This document shows, one piece after another, positions 53,137 to 64,000 of a DNA stretch of 64,000 bases. The notes beneath the pieces are model-generated. The model was given only the letters and a program-made list of their open reading frames with translations, was not told the origin of the DNA and did no database searches. The DNA comes from Mobula hypostoma. Lineage: Eukaryota. How positions within the stretch are numbered: the stretch's first letter is position 1; each line of letters opens with the position of its first letter. The stretch lies in the NCBI RefSeq assembly GCF_963921235.1, contig NC_086097.1:240686001-240750000 (forward strand), written 5' to 3'. Made by a program: the position numbers and the translations under genes.

Positions 53137-56100
53137 GTGCGGGGCCAATCAGCGGCAGCAACTGAGCTCAACAAAGGAGTGCTTCTCGCAGGTCAGAGAC
53201 TGTTATTTAAAATGAGAGCTTCAGGGGCATTAGTCCATTGTTCAGGGCCTATCAGTAGTGGCAACTGAGCACAACAAACTGAATAAAAGTACAGAAGGGT
53301 TAAGCCATTGTCGGCAGTAGGCCAGTGGTGAGAGTAGAAGCGACAGGCTTTGGCTTATTCAGCTTTCAGCAAAAGTGGGCTTTGGCGAGGTAAGTGGGTA
53401 GGTGGACTTCGTTTTTAGTTTTCCTTTGCATTGTTCTTGAGGAATAGGTAGGGTAGTATTTTGCTCTAGGTGTAGGTTGTGGGAATCCTAGGAATCTTCC
53501 AGCGTCCCAGATGGTCACATCTGCACCAGGTGCACCACGATGCAGCTCCTGAGAGACCATGTTAGGGATCTGGAGCTGCAGCTCGATGTCATACAGCTTA
53601 TTAACGAGAGTGAACAGGAGACAGAGAGGAGCTACAGGGAGTTAGTCACCCGAGGTTGCAGGAGTTAGATAAGTGGGTGACGGTCAGGGAAGCAAAGGGA
53701 AGAGCCCAGATAGTAGAGAACACCCCTGGGGCCATCCCCCTCAGTAATCGTTATCTTGTTTTGGATGTGGTTGAGGGGGATGACCTGACAGAGGACGACC
53801 ACTGCAATCGGCTCTCTAGCACTGAGCCTGGTTCTGTGGTACAGAAGGGAATGAGGAAAATGAGGAATGCAGTAGTCATAGGGGATTCCATTGTGAGGGG
53901 AACAGACAGAGGGTTCTGTCAACCTGATAGAGATACACACATGGTATGTTGCCTCCCAGGTGCCAGGGTACGGGATGTCTTGGTTCAGGTGTAGAGTATT
54001 CTAAAGGGAGAGGGTGAACAGCCAAAACAATTTCTTTTCTTCGGTATTCACTAAGGAGAAGGATATTGAATTGTGTAAGGTAAGGGAAACAGGTAGGGAA
54101 GTTATGGAAACTATGATGATTAAAGGAGAGGAAGTACTGGTGGTTTTAAGGAATATACAAGTGGATAAGTCTCCGGGTCCTGACAGGATATTCCCTAGGA
54201 CCTTGAGGGAAGTTAGTGTGGAAATACCAGGGGCTCTGACAGAAATATTTCAAATGTCATTAGAAACGGGGATGGTGCCAGAGGATTGGTGTATCGCTCA
54301 TGTTGTTCCACTGTTTAAAAGGTTTCTAAGAGTAAACCTAGTAATTATTGGCCTGTGAGTTTGACGTCAGTGGTGGGTAAATTGATGGAAAGTATTCTTA
54401 GAGATGGTATATATAATTATCTGGATAGACAGGGTCTGATTAGGAACAGTCAACATGGATTTGTGCGTGGAAGATCATGTTTGGCAAATCTTATTGAATT
54501 TTTTGAAGAGGTTACTAGGAAAGTTGACAAGGGTAAAGCGGTGGATGTTGTCTATATGGACTTCAGTAAAGCCTTTGACAAGGTTCCACACGGAAGGTTA
54601 GTTAGGAAGGTTCAATCGTTAGGTATTAATATTAAAGTAGTAAAATGGATTCAGCAGTGACTGGATGGGAGACGCCAGAGAGTAGTGGTGGATAACTGTG
54701 TGTCAGATTGGAGGCTGGTGAGTAGTGGTGTTCCTCAGGGATCTGTACTGGGTCCAATGTTGTTTGTCATATACATTAATGGTCTGGATGATGGAGTGGT
54801 AAATTGGATTAGTAAGTATACAGATGATACTAAGATAGGCAGAGTTGTGGATAATGAAGTAGGTTTTCAAAGCTTGCAGAGAGATTTAGGCCAATTAGAA
54901 GAGTGGGCTAAAAGATGGCAGATGGAGTTTAATGCTAATAAATGTAAGGTGCTACATTTTGGTAGGACTAATCAAAATAGGACATACATGGTAAATGGTA
55001 GGGCATTGAGGAATGCTGTAGAACAGAGGGATCTAGGAATAATAGTGCATAGTTCCCTGAAGGCGGAATCTCATATGGATAGGGTGGTGAAGAAAGCTTT
55101 TGGTTTGCTGGCCTTTATAAATCAGACCATTGAGTATAGGAGTTGGGATGTAATGTTGAAATTGTACAAGGCATTGGTAAGGCCAAATTTGGAGCATTGT
55201 GTACAGTTCTGGTCACCGAATTATAGGATAGATGTCAACAAAATAGAGAGAGTACAGAGAAGATTTACTAGAATGTTACCTGGGTTTCATCACCTAAGTT
55301 ACAGAGAAAGGTTGAACAAGTTGGGTCTTCATTATTTGGAGCGTAGAAGGTTGAGGGGGGATTTGATAGAGGTATTTAAAATTATGAGGGGGATAGATAG
55401 AGTTGACGTGGATAGGCTTTTTCCATTGACAGTGGGGGAGATTCAAACAAGAGGACATAAGTTGCGAGTTAAAGGGCAAAAGTTTAGGGGTAGCATGAGG
55501 GGGAACTTCTTTACTCAGAGAGTGGTAGCTGTGTGGAACGAGCTTCCAGCAGAAGTGGTTGAGGCAGGTTCGATGTTGGCGTTTAAAGTTAAATTGGACA
55601 GCTATACGGACAGGAAAGGAATGGAGGGTAATGGGCTGAGTGCAGGTCGGTGAGGCTAGGTGAGAGTAAGTGTTCGGCATGGACTAGAATGGTCAAGATG
55701 GCCTGTTTCCATGCTGTAATTATTATATGATTATATCTAAGTCTTGGTACACGTTGGTAGCAATGATGTCAGTAGAAAAAGGGAGGAGGTCCTGAAGAAA
55801 GAATTCAGGGAGTTAGGTAGGAAGCGGAAGAGCAGGACATCTAGGGTGTAGTGATCTCAGGACTGCTGCCTGTGCCACGTGCTACCGAGCACAAGATTAG
55901 CATGATCAGGTGTATTAATGTGTGACTGAGAGACTGGTGCAGGGGGCAGGGCTTCAGATTCCTGGATCATTGGGACCTCTTCTGGAGGAGGTACGACCTG
56001 TACAAAAAGGACGGGTTATACCTGAACCCAAAGGTGTCCAATATCCTAGCGGGCACATTTAATAGAGCTGTTAGGGAGGGTTTAAACTAATTTGGCAGGG

Positions 56101-59100
56101 AGATGGGAACCAGAGTGAAAGAGCTGAGGAAGCAGAAAACAGAAATACGTCAAAGATAGCGTGCAACAGAGATTATAGAAAGAACAGGCAGGAGATGAGG
56201 CTTAATCAAAGCCAGTCGCATGAGTTACAGGGCAATAGAGGCGTGGTGCAGTTAAAACAGAAAGCAACAAATACTGGACTGAAAGTGTTATATTTGAATG
56301 CATGCAGCATAAGGAATAAAATGAATGATCTTAAAATTCAACTACAGATTGGCAAATATGACAATTTGGCCATCCCTGAAACTTGGCTAAAGGATGGCTG
56401 CAATTGGGAGCTGAATGTCCAAGGATACATGGTATATTGGAAAGATAGGTTAGTAGGCAGAGAAGGTGGTATGGCTCTGTGTATAATTAAATCAATGGAA
56501 AGAGATGACACAGGATTGGAAGGTGTAGAGTCTCTATGGGTTGAGTCAAGAAATGGCAAGGGTTAAAGGACCCTAATGGCAGTTGTATACAGGCCTCCAA
56601 ACAGCAGCCGGGATGTGGATTACAAATTACAGCAGGAGGTAGAAAGGCGTGTCAGAAGGGCAATGTCATGATAATCGTTTGAGGTATTAACATGAAAGTG
56701 GATTGGGAAAACTAGGTTAGTACTGGACCTCAAGGGAGAGAATTTGTAGAATGTCTAAGGGATGGCTTTTTAGAACAGCTTGTTGTTGAGCCCACTAGGG
56801 GATCAGCTGTGCTGGATTGGGTGTTGTGCAATGATCCAGAGGTGATAAGAGAGCTTAAGGTTCATGAACTCTTAGGGAACAGTGATCACACTATGATCAA
56901 GTTCACATTGAAATTTGAGATAATATCCAATGTGTCGGTATTTCAGTCGAATAAAGGAAATTACAATGGCATGAGAGGGGAACTGGCCGAAGTTGACTGG
57001 AAAGGGACATTTGCAGGAAGGACAGCAGAGCAGCAATGGCTGGAGTTTCTGCGAAAAATGAGGGAAGTGCAAGACAGATATATTCCAAATAAGAAGAAAT
57101 TATCAAAGGGAAGAAGGACACTACTGTGGCTGACAGGAGAAGTCAGAGTCAAAGTAAAAGCAAAAGAGAGGGCATACAAGGAAGCCAGAGCTAGTGGGAA
57201 GATAGAGGATGAAGCTTTTAAAATCTTACAGAAGGAAACTACTTTGTAAAAAGGACATTAGGAAGTGAAAGATGAATTATGAAAGGAGATACTCAAAGCT
57301 TTTTTAAGTATTTAAAGAGTAAAAGAGAGTCAAGGGTAGATATAGAACCAATACAAAATGACGCTGGAGATATTGTAATTAGAGATGCAAAGATGGAAGA
57401 GGAACTGAATGCGTATTTCGCATCAGTCTTCACGGTGGAAGATGTCTGCAGTATACTGGACATTCAAGAGTGTCAGGGAAGTGAAATTTATGCAGTGAAA
57501 ATTACGACTGAGAAGGTGCTCAGGAAGCTTAATGGTCTGAGGGTGGATAAATCTTCTGGACCTGATGGAATGCACCCTCGGGTTCTGAAGGATGTAGCTG
57601 GATAGGTTGCGGAGACATTAACAATGGTCTTTCAAGAACCGATAGATTCTGGCATTGTAGCGGATGACAAATGTTACTCCACTATTTAAGAAGGGTGGGA
57701 GGCAGCAGAAAGGAAACTATAGACCTTTTAACCTGATACCAGTGGTTGGGAAGTTGTTGGAATTGATTATTAGGGATGAGATTATGGAGGTCCCTGGAGG
57801 CACATGACAAGATAGGCCAATGCCAGCATGATTTCCTGAAAAGAATATCCTGCCTGACAAACCTACTGCAATTTTTGAGGAAATTACAAGTAGGGAGACA
57901 AAGGAGATGCAGTAGATGTGGTGTACTTGGATTTTCAGAAGGCCTTTGACAAGGTGCCACACATGAGGCTAGTTAGCAAGATAAGAGCCCATGGAATTAT
58001 GGGAAAGTTACTAGCATGGGTGTAGCAGAAAACAGAGAGTGGGAATAAAGGGATCTTATTCTGGCTGGCTGCCCATTACCAGTGGCGTTCCACAGAGGTC
58101 GGTGTTGGGACCACTGCTTTTTACAATGTATGTCAATGATTTGGACTACATGTATTAATGAATTTGTGGCTAAATTTGCTGATGATACAAAGATAGGTGG
58201 AGGAGTGGGTAGTGTTGAGGAAATAGAGAGCCTGCAGAGAGACTTAGATAGTTTAGGGGAATGGTCAAAGAAGTGGCAAATGAAATACAATGTTAGAAAG
58301 TGTATGGTCATGCACTTTGGTGGAAGAAATAAACAGGCAGACTATTATTTAGCTTGAGAGAGAATTCAAAATGCAGAGATGTGAAGGCACTTGGGAATGC
58401 TTGTGCAAGTAATCCTAAAGGTTAATCTCCAGGTTGAGTCGGTTGTGAGGAAGGCGAATGCAATGTTGGCATTCGTTCCTAGAGATATAGAATAGCAGGG
58501 ATGCGATGTTGAGGCTCTATAAGGCACTCGTGAGACCACACTTGGAGCATTTTGTGCAGTTTTGGGCTCCTTATTTTAGAAAGGATATACTGACATTGGA
58601 GAGGGTTCAGAGAAAATTTACGAGAATTATTCCAGGAATAAAAGGGTTACCATACGAGGAACGTCTGGCAGCTCTTGGGCTGTATTCCCTGGAGTTCAGG
58701 AGAATGAGGGGGGATCTCAAAGAAACATTCTGAATGTTAAAAGGCCTGAACAGATTAGATATGGCAAAGTTATTTCCCATGGTAGGGGAGTCTCGGACAA
58801 GAGGGCATGACTTCAGGATTGAAAGACGTCCATTTAGAACAGAGATGCAGAGAAATTACTTCAGTCAGAGGGTTGTAAATCTGTGGAATTTGTTGCCACG
58901 AACGGCTGTGGAGTCATTGGGTGTATTTAAGGCAGAGATAGATAGGTTCTTGATTAGCCAGGGCATCAAAGCATATGGGGTGAAGGCAGGGGAGTGCGGA
59001 TGACTGGAAGAATTGGATCTGCCCATGATTGAATGGTGGAGCATACTCGATGGGCTGAATGGCCTCCTTCTGCTCTTATACCTTCTGGTCTTATGGTCCT

Positions 59101-59101
59101 A
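53137..59101 (+). mobile_element. Apparently full-length degenerate CR1: 5' UTR, ORF1 (Zn finger/leucine zipper + SGNH esterase), ORF2 (APE-RT), tail
   Basis: HICTRC..LLRDHVRDLELQL, VIGDSIVR, CCLPGARVRDV, VHVGSND (after the insert); LNACSI, ETW, FADDTK; (TTATGGTC)-type tail. Confidence 0.85.
54026..55738 (+). mobile_element. Younger 5'-truncated CR1 inserted in ORF1 of the full-length copy
   Basis: RT ORFs 54014-55653 ([14 protein letters not shown]); host GEQP|VLVHVG is split by it. Confidence 0.9.
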
Positions 59102-59734
59102 TAATTCTCCAAATTAGTGCTTTTCATAGATGCTGCCTTACCTGCTGAGTTCTTCAAAGTTCAGAGTCAATTTATTATCAAAGTACATATACGTCACCAC
59201 ATGCAACCCTGAGATTCATTTCTTGGGACATTCTCAATGAAGCCAATAGCCATAATAGAATCAATGAAAGACCGCTCAAATAAGGTGGACAACCGGGCTG
59301 CAAAAGACAACAAATTATGCAAAAACAGAAAGGAAAAAAAAGAAACAATAACAAACAAATTAATAAATAAGTAAGCAATACTCTTCAGGAACATGAAATG
59401 AAGAGTCCTTGAAAGCATGTCCCTAAGTTATAAGAACAGTTCAATATTTGGGCGTGAAGTGAGTGAAGTTATCTCCTTTGGTTCAAAAGCCTGATAGTTG
59501 AGAGGTAATAACTGTACCTCAACCTGGTGGTGTGACTCTTGTGGCCTTCTTCCTGATGGCAGCAGTGAGAAGAGAGCATGGCCTGCAGCATTTTGAGTGC
59601 ATTTTTTCTCTTTTTGGTTTATCATTAGAATCAGGTTTATCATCACTGACATGTATTGGGAAAATTGTTGTTTTGCTGTAGCAGTACAGTGCACTAACTA
59701 TGAATTACAAAAAAGATTATAAAAAATACTGGGT

Positions 59735-60160
59735 AGTGGGTAGTGGCTCCATACGTCACTACTACAGGGCTTGATGACTCTGCCTTACACGAGTCCTGGG
59801 CTCAGCTGGCTCCAGCTGACAGAACCCGCTATGGGCCCCTATCCAGGGTTACGGATCCCACTGCCTTGTGGGTATCTTCGGGAGAAGAGAAGGCTAAGGA
59901 GTAAACCCTATACAAATCCGGAGTGGAGCCCCTAAGGTGGTTGGATGACGTATCGCGTCACCTCCCGGCAGCTCCTGCAGCCAAGCTGATGCCAAATGTA
60001 CTGCTTTGCATTCATTTGGACCACGTCCGCAAGCCCGAGACGGGGATCCTGATGTCTGGGCGGCCCAGGATCTCCATATTCATCACCCAGGTCTGTGCCC
60101 TGGACAGACAATTGAGTCCGAATCCGGGCTCATCCATTGTCTACTTAGACAGACGGAGCC
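59735..60160 (+). mobile_element. GC-rich short element, probably RTE-related
   Basis: GC-rich island in an AT-rich host repeat; shares motifs with 14436-14725. Confidence 0.4.
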
Positions 60161-60310
60161 ATTAATTAAAACTACATAGTGCAAAAAGAGAGCAAATTAG
60201 TGATGTAGTGTTCATAGACTCATAGACCATTTAGAAATCTAATGGTGGAGGAGAAGAAACTATTCCTGAAGCATTGAGTGTGCCTCTTCAGCCTATTGTA
60301 TCTCCTTCCT

Positions 60311-60504
60311 GGGGTGTATGGGGTGTCAGGGAGGGGTAGCACCTCTGGTGGGGGAACATGTCGCGTCCTTTTCAGGGCGGTTAGTCCACCTTTGGTCCCC
60401 ACCTGGCACTCAGCTCTCACCTGTGGCTCCTCGTAGCTGTTTGTATGCGACAGCGGCCACACCCTGGGCAACGGCTTCGACAAGCCGGCTAAACCAGGTG
60501 AGGG
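60311..60504 (+). ncRNA. HDV-like ribozyme at the element 5' end
   Basis: P1, P2, P3, P1.1, P4 and the J4/2 catalytic C can all be assigned (see findings). Confidence 0.75.
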
Positions 60505-60877
60505 TAGCCGACGGGTCTCAAACCCTCGGTGAGATAGGGAGTTGTCTATCCCAGCATGTGAAGACAGACTCCGGCGGATTGAGCGGACGAGACCAATGGA
60601 AGGTCCAACAGTCAAGAAGGCGGTCTCTGCAAGCGTCGTGGAACGTGTAGAGCAGGACAAGACACAGAAGACGTCCTGGTCATCCACTGCGCCTAGTCCC
60701 ATCTCCAGCCGTCTAGACTCTGTCTTGCCACTGGATCCAGATGGGAATTGGGAAGAGAGAGTGAGGCTGACGCTGCGCAACTCTCCCTCACTTAAATCCA
60801 AATCACGCGCTAGTCTCAACACCATCATAATGGTGTCGAGGTCCTCATCGACCTCAACAATGGACGAACAACCAACC
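60312..60877 (+). mobile_element. 566-bp non-autonomous RTE-type element
   Basis: 12-bp TSD ATCTCCTTCCTG (60300-60311, 60878-60889); AACAACCAACC tail; 3' segment CTCCCTCACTTAAATCCAA...GTCCTC..GGAC resembles RTE-mobilised SINE ends; no Pol III boxes seen. Confidence 0.8.
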
Positions 60878-62435
60878 ATCTCCTTCCTGATGGTAGTAAT
60901 AAAACTTCAGCATGTCATTGATGGCGAGGGTCTTTTATCGCCTTTTAAAATGTCCTCAATGGTGGAGAGGGTCGTGCCCATGATGGAGCTGGATGCATCT
61001 AGAACTCTTTGCTCTTTTCCCTATGCAAAAAAAAAAGTCACGGAGATGACAGAGGACTACTTATTCCAAATATTGATATGCCTGAATTGTTCTCAAAAGC
61101 AATTTTTGGAGTTGTGATTAAAATAAAATATTTTTCAATGCACATTGGTATATTTTATTAGAAAAAGTGCTTCTTAAATTTTTTCCATCCCCACCCCCTG
61201 ATTCAACTGATACGAATGTGATGTATTTTATATTTTAGAAAATATAGTATATGTCTAGATTCATAACAGATTTACAGCAAAGCTTATATAATTTAGTTGA
61301 AGTGCTCGTGTCTAGGCACTTAAATATTGGAGTAATTAGCCTACTAGTCATAGTCTGGGAATGAACTAATCTGCACTCCCTAATTAGGTGCGGGTGGCTT
61401 TTAGTCAAAGCTTTGACAAATTTGTTTTGCTTTAGTTGCACAGAATATATGATCCTTTCGTAACAGTGTGACCTTTCATTACTTTAGGGCCCACACCGAG
61501 CCTCAAAGGAGCTATTTATCTTGAAGAAAATACACAAAACCTGAATAAAGCATTTAAAAATTATATTTATATCCTCTACCTTTGTTTACAGAATGTCTCG
61601 ATCAGAACCAGTTTTAAAATCACATCGTTACAAGCTATCCAAGTTCTTAAGAACTACTGTATTTTTAAGTATATTGTTTCATTTGTAAGGATTTTAATCT
61701 TTTGATTGTTCCATCTTGAACAGAATAACTTTTGTTTCCTAATCATTTCCATAATAAAGCATAAATTTACACAAAAAGCTGAAAATTGGGATGAGAGATC
61801 AAACAATTAAGTCTTCATTCTGATTAGGTGTGAAGGAGTCAAAATTCATCAGTGACTCACATAAATGATAAAGCAATAAGGATCCGACAGCTAAGTACAT
61901 GTCCAATTTAACCCTGATATTTGAAAATGCTTGTTTGACATTAATTGGTCTTTACTGCTCATGTTAGGGTCTACTATATCTTGTTTCCTTTCTGTCACTT
62001 TCTTTAAACTGCACAGTTTTCACTGGTAATATGGGGAAAGCAGAAATCAATTCCCCCAGCATTCTACCATCGAAAAGCTGAGCATTACAGTTGCTCAGAG
62101 GAGGATTTATTCATCTCCATTTTGACAATGAGGAAATGCCCCTCCTTAGCCATGAAAAGACAATCTCTTTATTTTGCAAATTAGTAGCCCTTCTTCCTTT
62201 TTCCCCATGGTCCACTGTCCTCCAATCAGATTCCTTCTTCTTCAGAGCTTTACCTCTTCCAGCTATCACCTCCCAGTTTCTTTCTTCATTCCCCCTTCCC
62301 TCTCATCTGGTTTCAACTATCACTTGCCAGCTTGTACTTCTTCCCCCTCTTCACCTTCTTATTCTGGTTTCTTACCACTTCCTTTCGATGGTTCAATTTA
62401 ATGTCAGAGAATGTATACAGTATACAACCTGAAAT

Positions 62436-62832
62436 ACTTCCACTAAAGCCTCCCCCCACCCCTTCACCATTTCCCATCCACTTGTCCTCTCTCAGGTTAT
62501 CGCTTTGCTGCCCATCGCCTCCCTTCGGTGCTCCTCCCTCCCTTCTTATCTTTCTACCATGGCCTTCTGTCTCTTTCACCAATCAACTTCCTACCTCTTT
62601 GCTTCATCTCTCCCCCTCCAACTTTCACCTATCGCCTGGCGTTTCTCTCTCCTCCTCCCCCACCTTTCACACCTACTCCTCGACTTTTTCCTCCAGTCCT
62701 GCCCAAGGGTCTTGGGCTGAAACTTTCTTTGTACTTTTTTTCCATAGATGCTGCCTGGCCTGCTGAGTTCCTCCAGCATTTTGTGTGCGTTGCTCAGATT
62801 TCCAGCATCTGTAGATTTTCTCTTGCTCGTGG
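62436..62832 (+). mobile_element. Penelope-derived pLTR insertion in a Rex-type 3' UTR
   Basis: Flanks TACAACCTGAAAT (62423-62435) and TACAACCCTGAAAT (62833-62846); decayed hammerhead at about 62693-62723. Confidence 0.7.
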
Positions 62833-63094
62833 TACAACCCTGAAATCCTTATTCTTCGCAGATATCCACAAAACAGAGAAAACAAGCCTGAAGAATGAAC
62901 GACAGAAAAACATTAGAACCCCAAAGCCCCCTCTCCTCCCCCCACTTGTTCCAGCAAAAAGCTTCAACACCCCCCACCACCAACCATACACGCAATACCA
63001 GGTCCACCAGAGACCATGATCTAGGCTCCATTAGAAACTACTGTCCATCCCAACACTTCAACATCTCAACAGGTACTTGATAGTTTTCAAAGAG

Positions 63095-63462
63095 ATAGAG
63101 CCGTAGAGAAGTACAGCACAGCTATAGGCTCTTTGGCCCGGCTAATCCATGCTGAAAGTATTTAAACTGCCTACTCCCAATGACCTGCACCAGGACCACA
63201 GCCCCCCCCTATCCCTACTATCCATGTACCTATCCAAAAATGTGAAAATCAAACTCGCATCTACAACTTTTACTGGCAGCTTATTCTACACACTCATTCC
63301 CCCTCATGCTTCTAAACTCCAGTGAGTACAAGCCTAGAGCTATCAAATGCTCCTCAAACATTAACCCTTTAATTCCTGCATTTTTATAAACTTCATTTGC
63401 AATCCCAGCACATCCTTTCTTAGATAAGGGGCCGAACACTGCTGACAATACTCCAGGTACCG
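63095..63462 (-). mobile_element. Degenerate CR1 3' fragment
   Basis: LEYCQQCSAPYLRKDVL and LGLYSLEFR motifs plus CR1 3' UTR. Confidence 0.7.
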
Positions 63463-64000
63463 TCTGACCAATGAACGGTGGCAGAAACTGGTGGCAGTGA
63501 TTGTGGTGGATTCTGTGGTCACCGGCAATTCTGTGAACGGGAGGGAACGTAGTTGAGATGGGGGATTTTGATTGGTTGTCAAGGGTTGAGGATGGGGCAG
63601 ATTGAGAGTCAGGCTGGTATCTGCCCTGCAGAGTGACTCTCAATGTCAGGGGGCTTTTGGAAGGTGGCTGGATGAAGCATTCCGCTGCTGGGTGATCAGT
63701 GGGTGAAATAAAGTTGACTGGTCATTGGTAGGTGTGCTGTGATAGGGGACGGGGTACTATGTTAGGTGAGTGGATGAGTTTGAGGGAAAGGTGGTTGGGG
63801 GTTGTGGAAGTCAGTAACAGGGGACGTGGGTTGTGTTGGGCACAACTTCAAAATAGAGTAACTTCCATTTAGTATGGAGAAGAGGATGATTTTTCTTTTA
63901 GCTGGAGGGTAATGAATCTGTGGAATTCGCTGCCACAGATGGCTTTGGAGGTCATTGGCTATATTTAAAATGGGGATTGATAGCTGCTTAGTTAGGAAGG

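Noticed and set aside
59765..59830. Possible second HDV-like fold (AGGGCUU/GAGUCCU-GG plus CAGCUGG/CCAGCUG hairpin)
   Set aside because: P2 and P3 could not be assigned convincingly.
60220..61117. ORFs of 219, 110 and 191 aa over the RTE-type element
   Set aside because: They cross element boundaries, lack recognisable domains and are expected in GC-rich sequence.
63463..63845. G-rich segment between CR1 fragments
   Set aside because: Probably another repeat remnant; no motif allowed assignment.

Overview
Eukaryotic, repeat-saturated non-coding DNA. The repeat repertoire points to a vertebrate, most likely a cartilaginous fish (inference). No host protein-coding gene is recognisable. Most of the window is nested retroelements. 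There are at least four CR1 LINE subfamilies, including a nearly intact ORF2 at 18.6-21.5 kb and a full-length ORF1+ORF2 copy at 53.1-59.1 kb. Rex-Babar-type LINE 3' remnants, Penelope-like (GIY-YIG) elements with hammerhead-bearing mini-derivatives, tRNA-derived SINEs and a Tc1-type MITE are scattered through it. Two Gypsy-type LTR elements are present: a very young 5.0 kb Gmr1-like copy with a SCAN-type Gag and collapsed pol, and a small PNMA-like-gag copy with a solo LTR inside its 3' LTR. The most notable signals are RNA structures. (1) The 3' UTR of an RLE-type (Hero-like) LINE holds all hammerhead core motifs in a non-circularly permuted, pseudoknotted order (30447-30564). (2) An HDV-like ribozyme with an extra hairpin in L3 sits at the exact 5' end of a 566-bp RTE-type non-autonomous element (60311-60504). 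(3) Many minimal type-I hammerheads occur in Penelope-derived mini-elements. All structures were paired by eye, family names come from motif recognition without database searches, and boundaries of old repeats are approximate.
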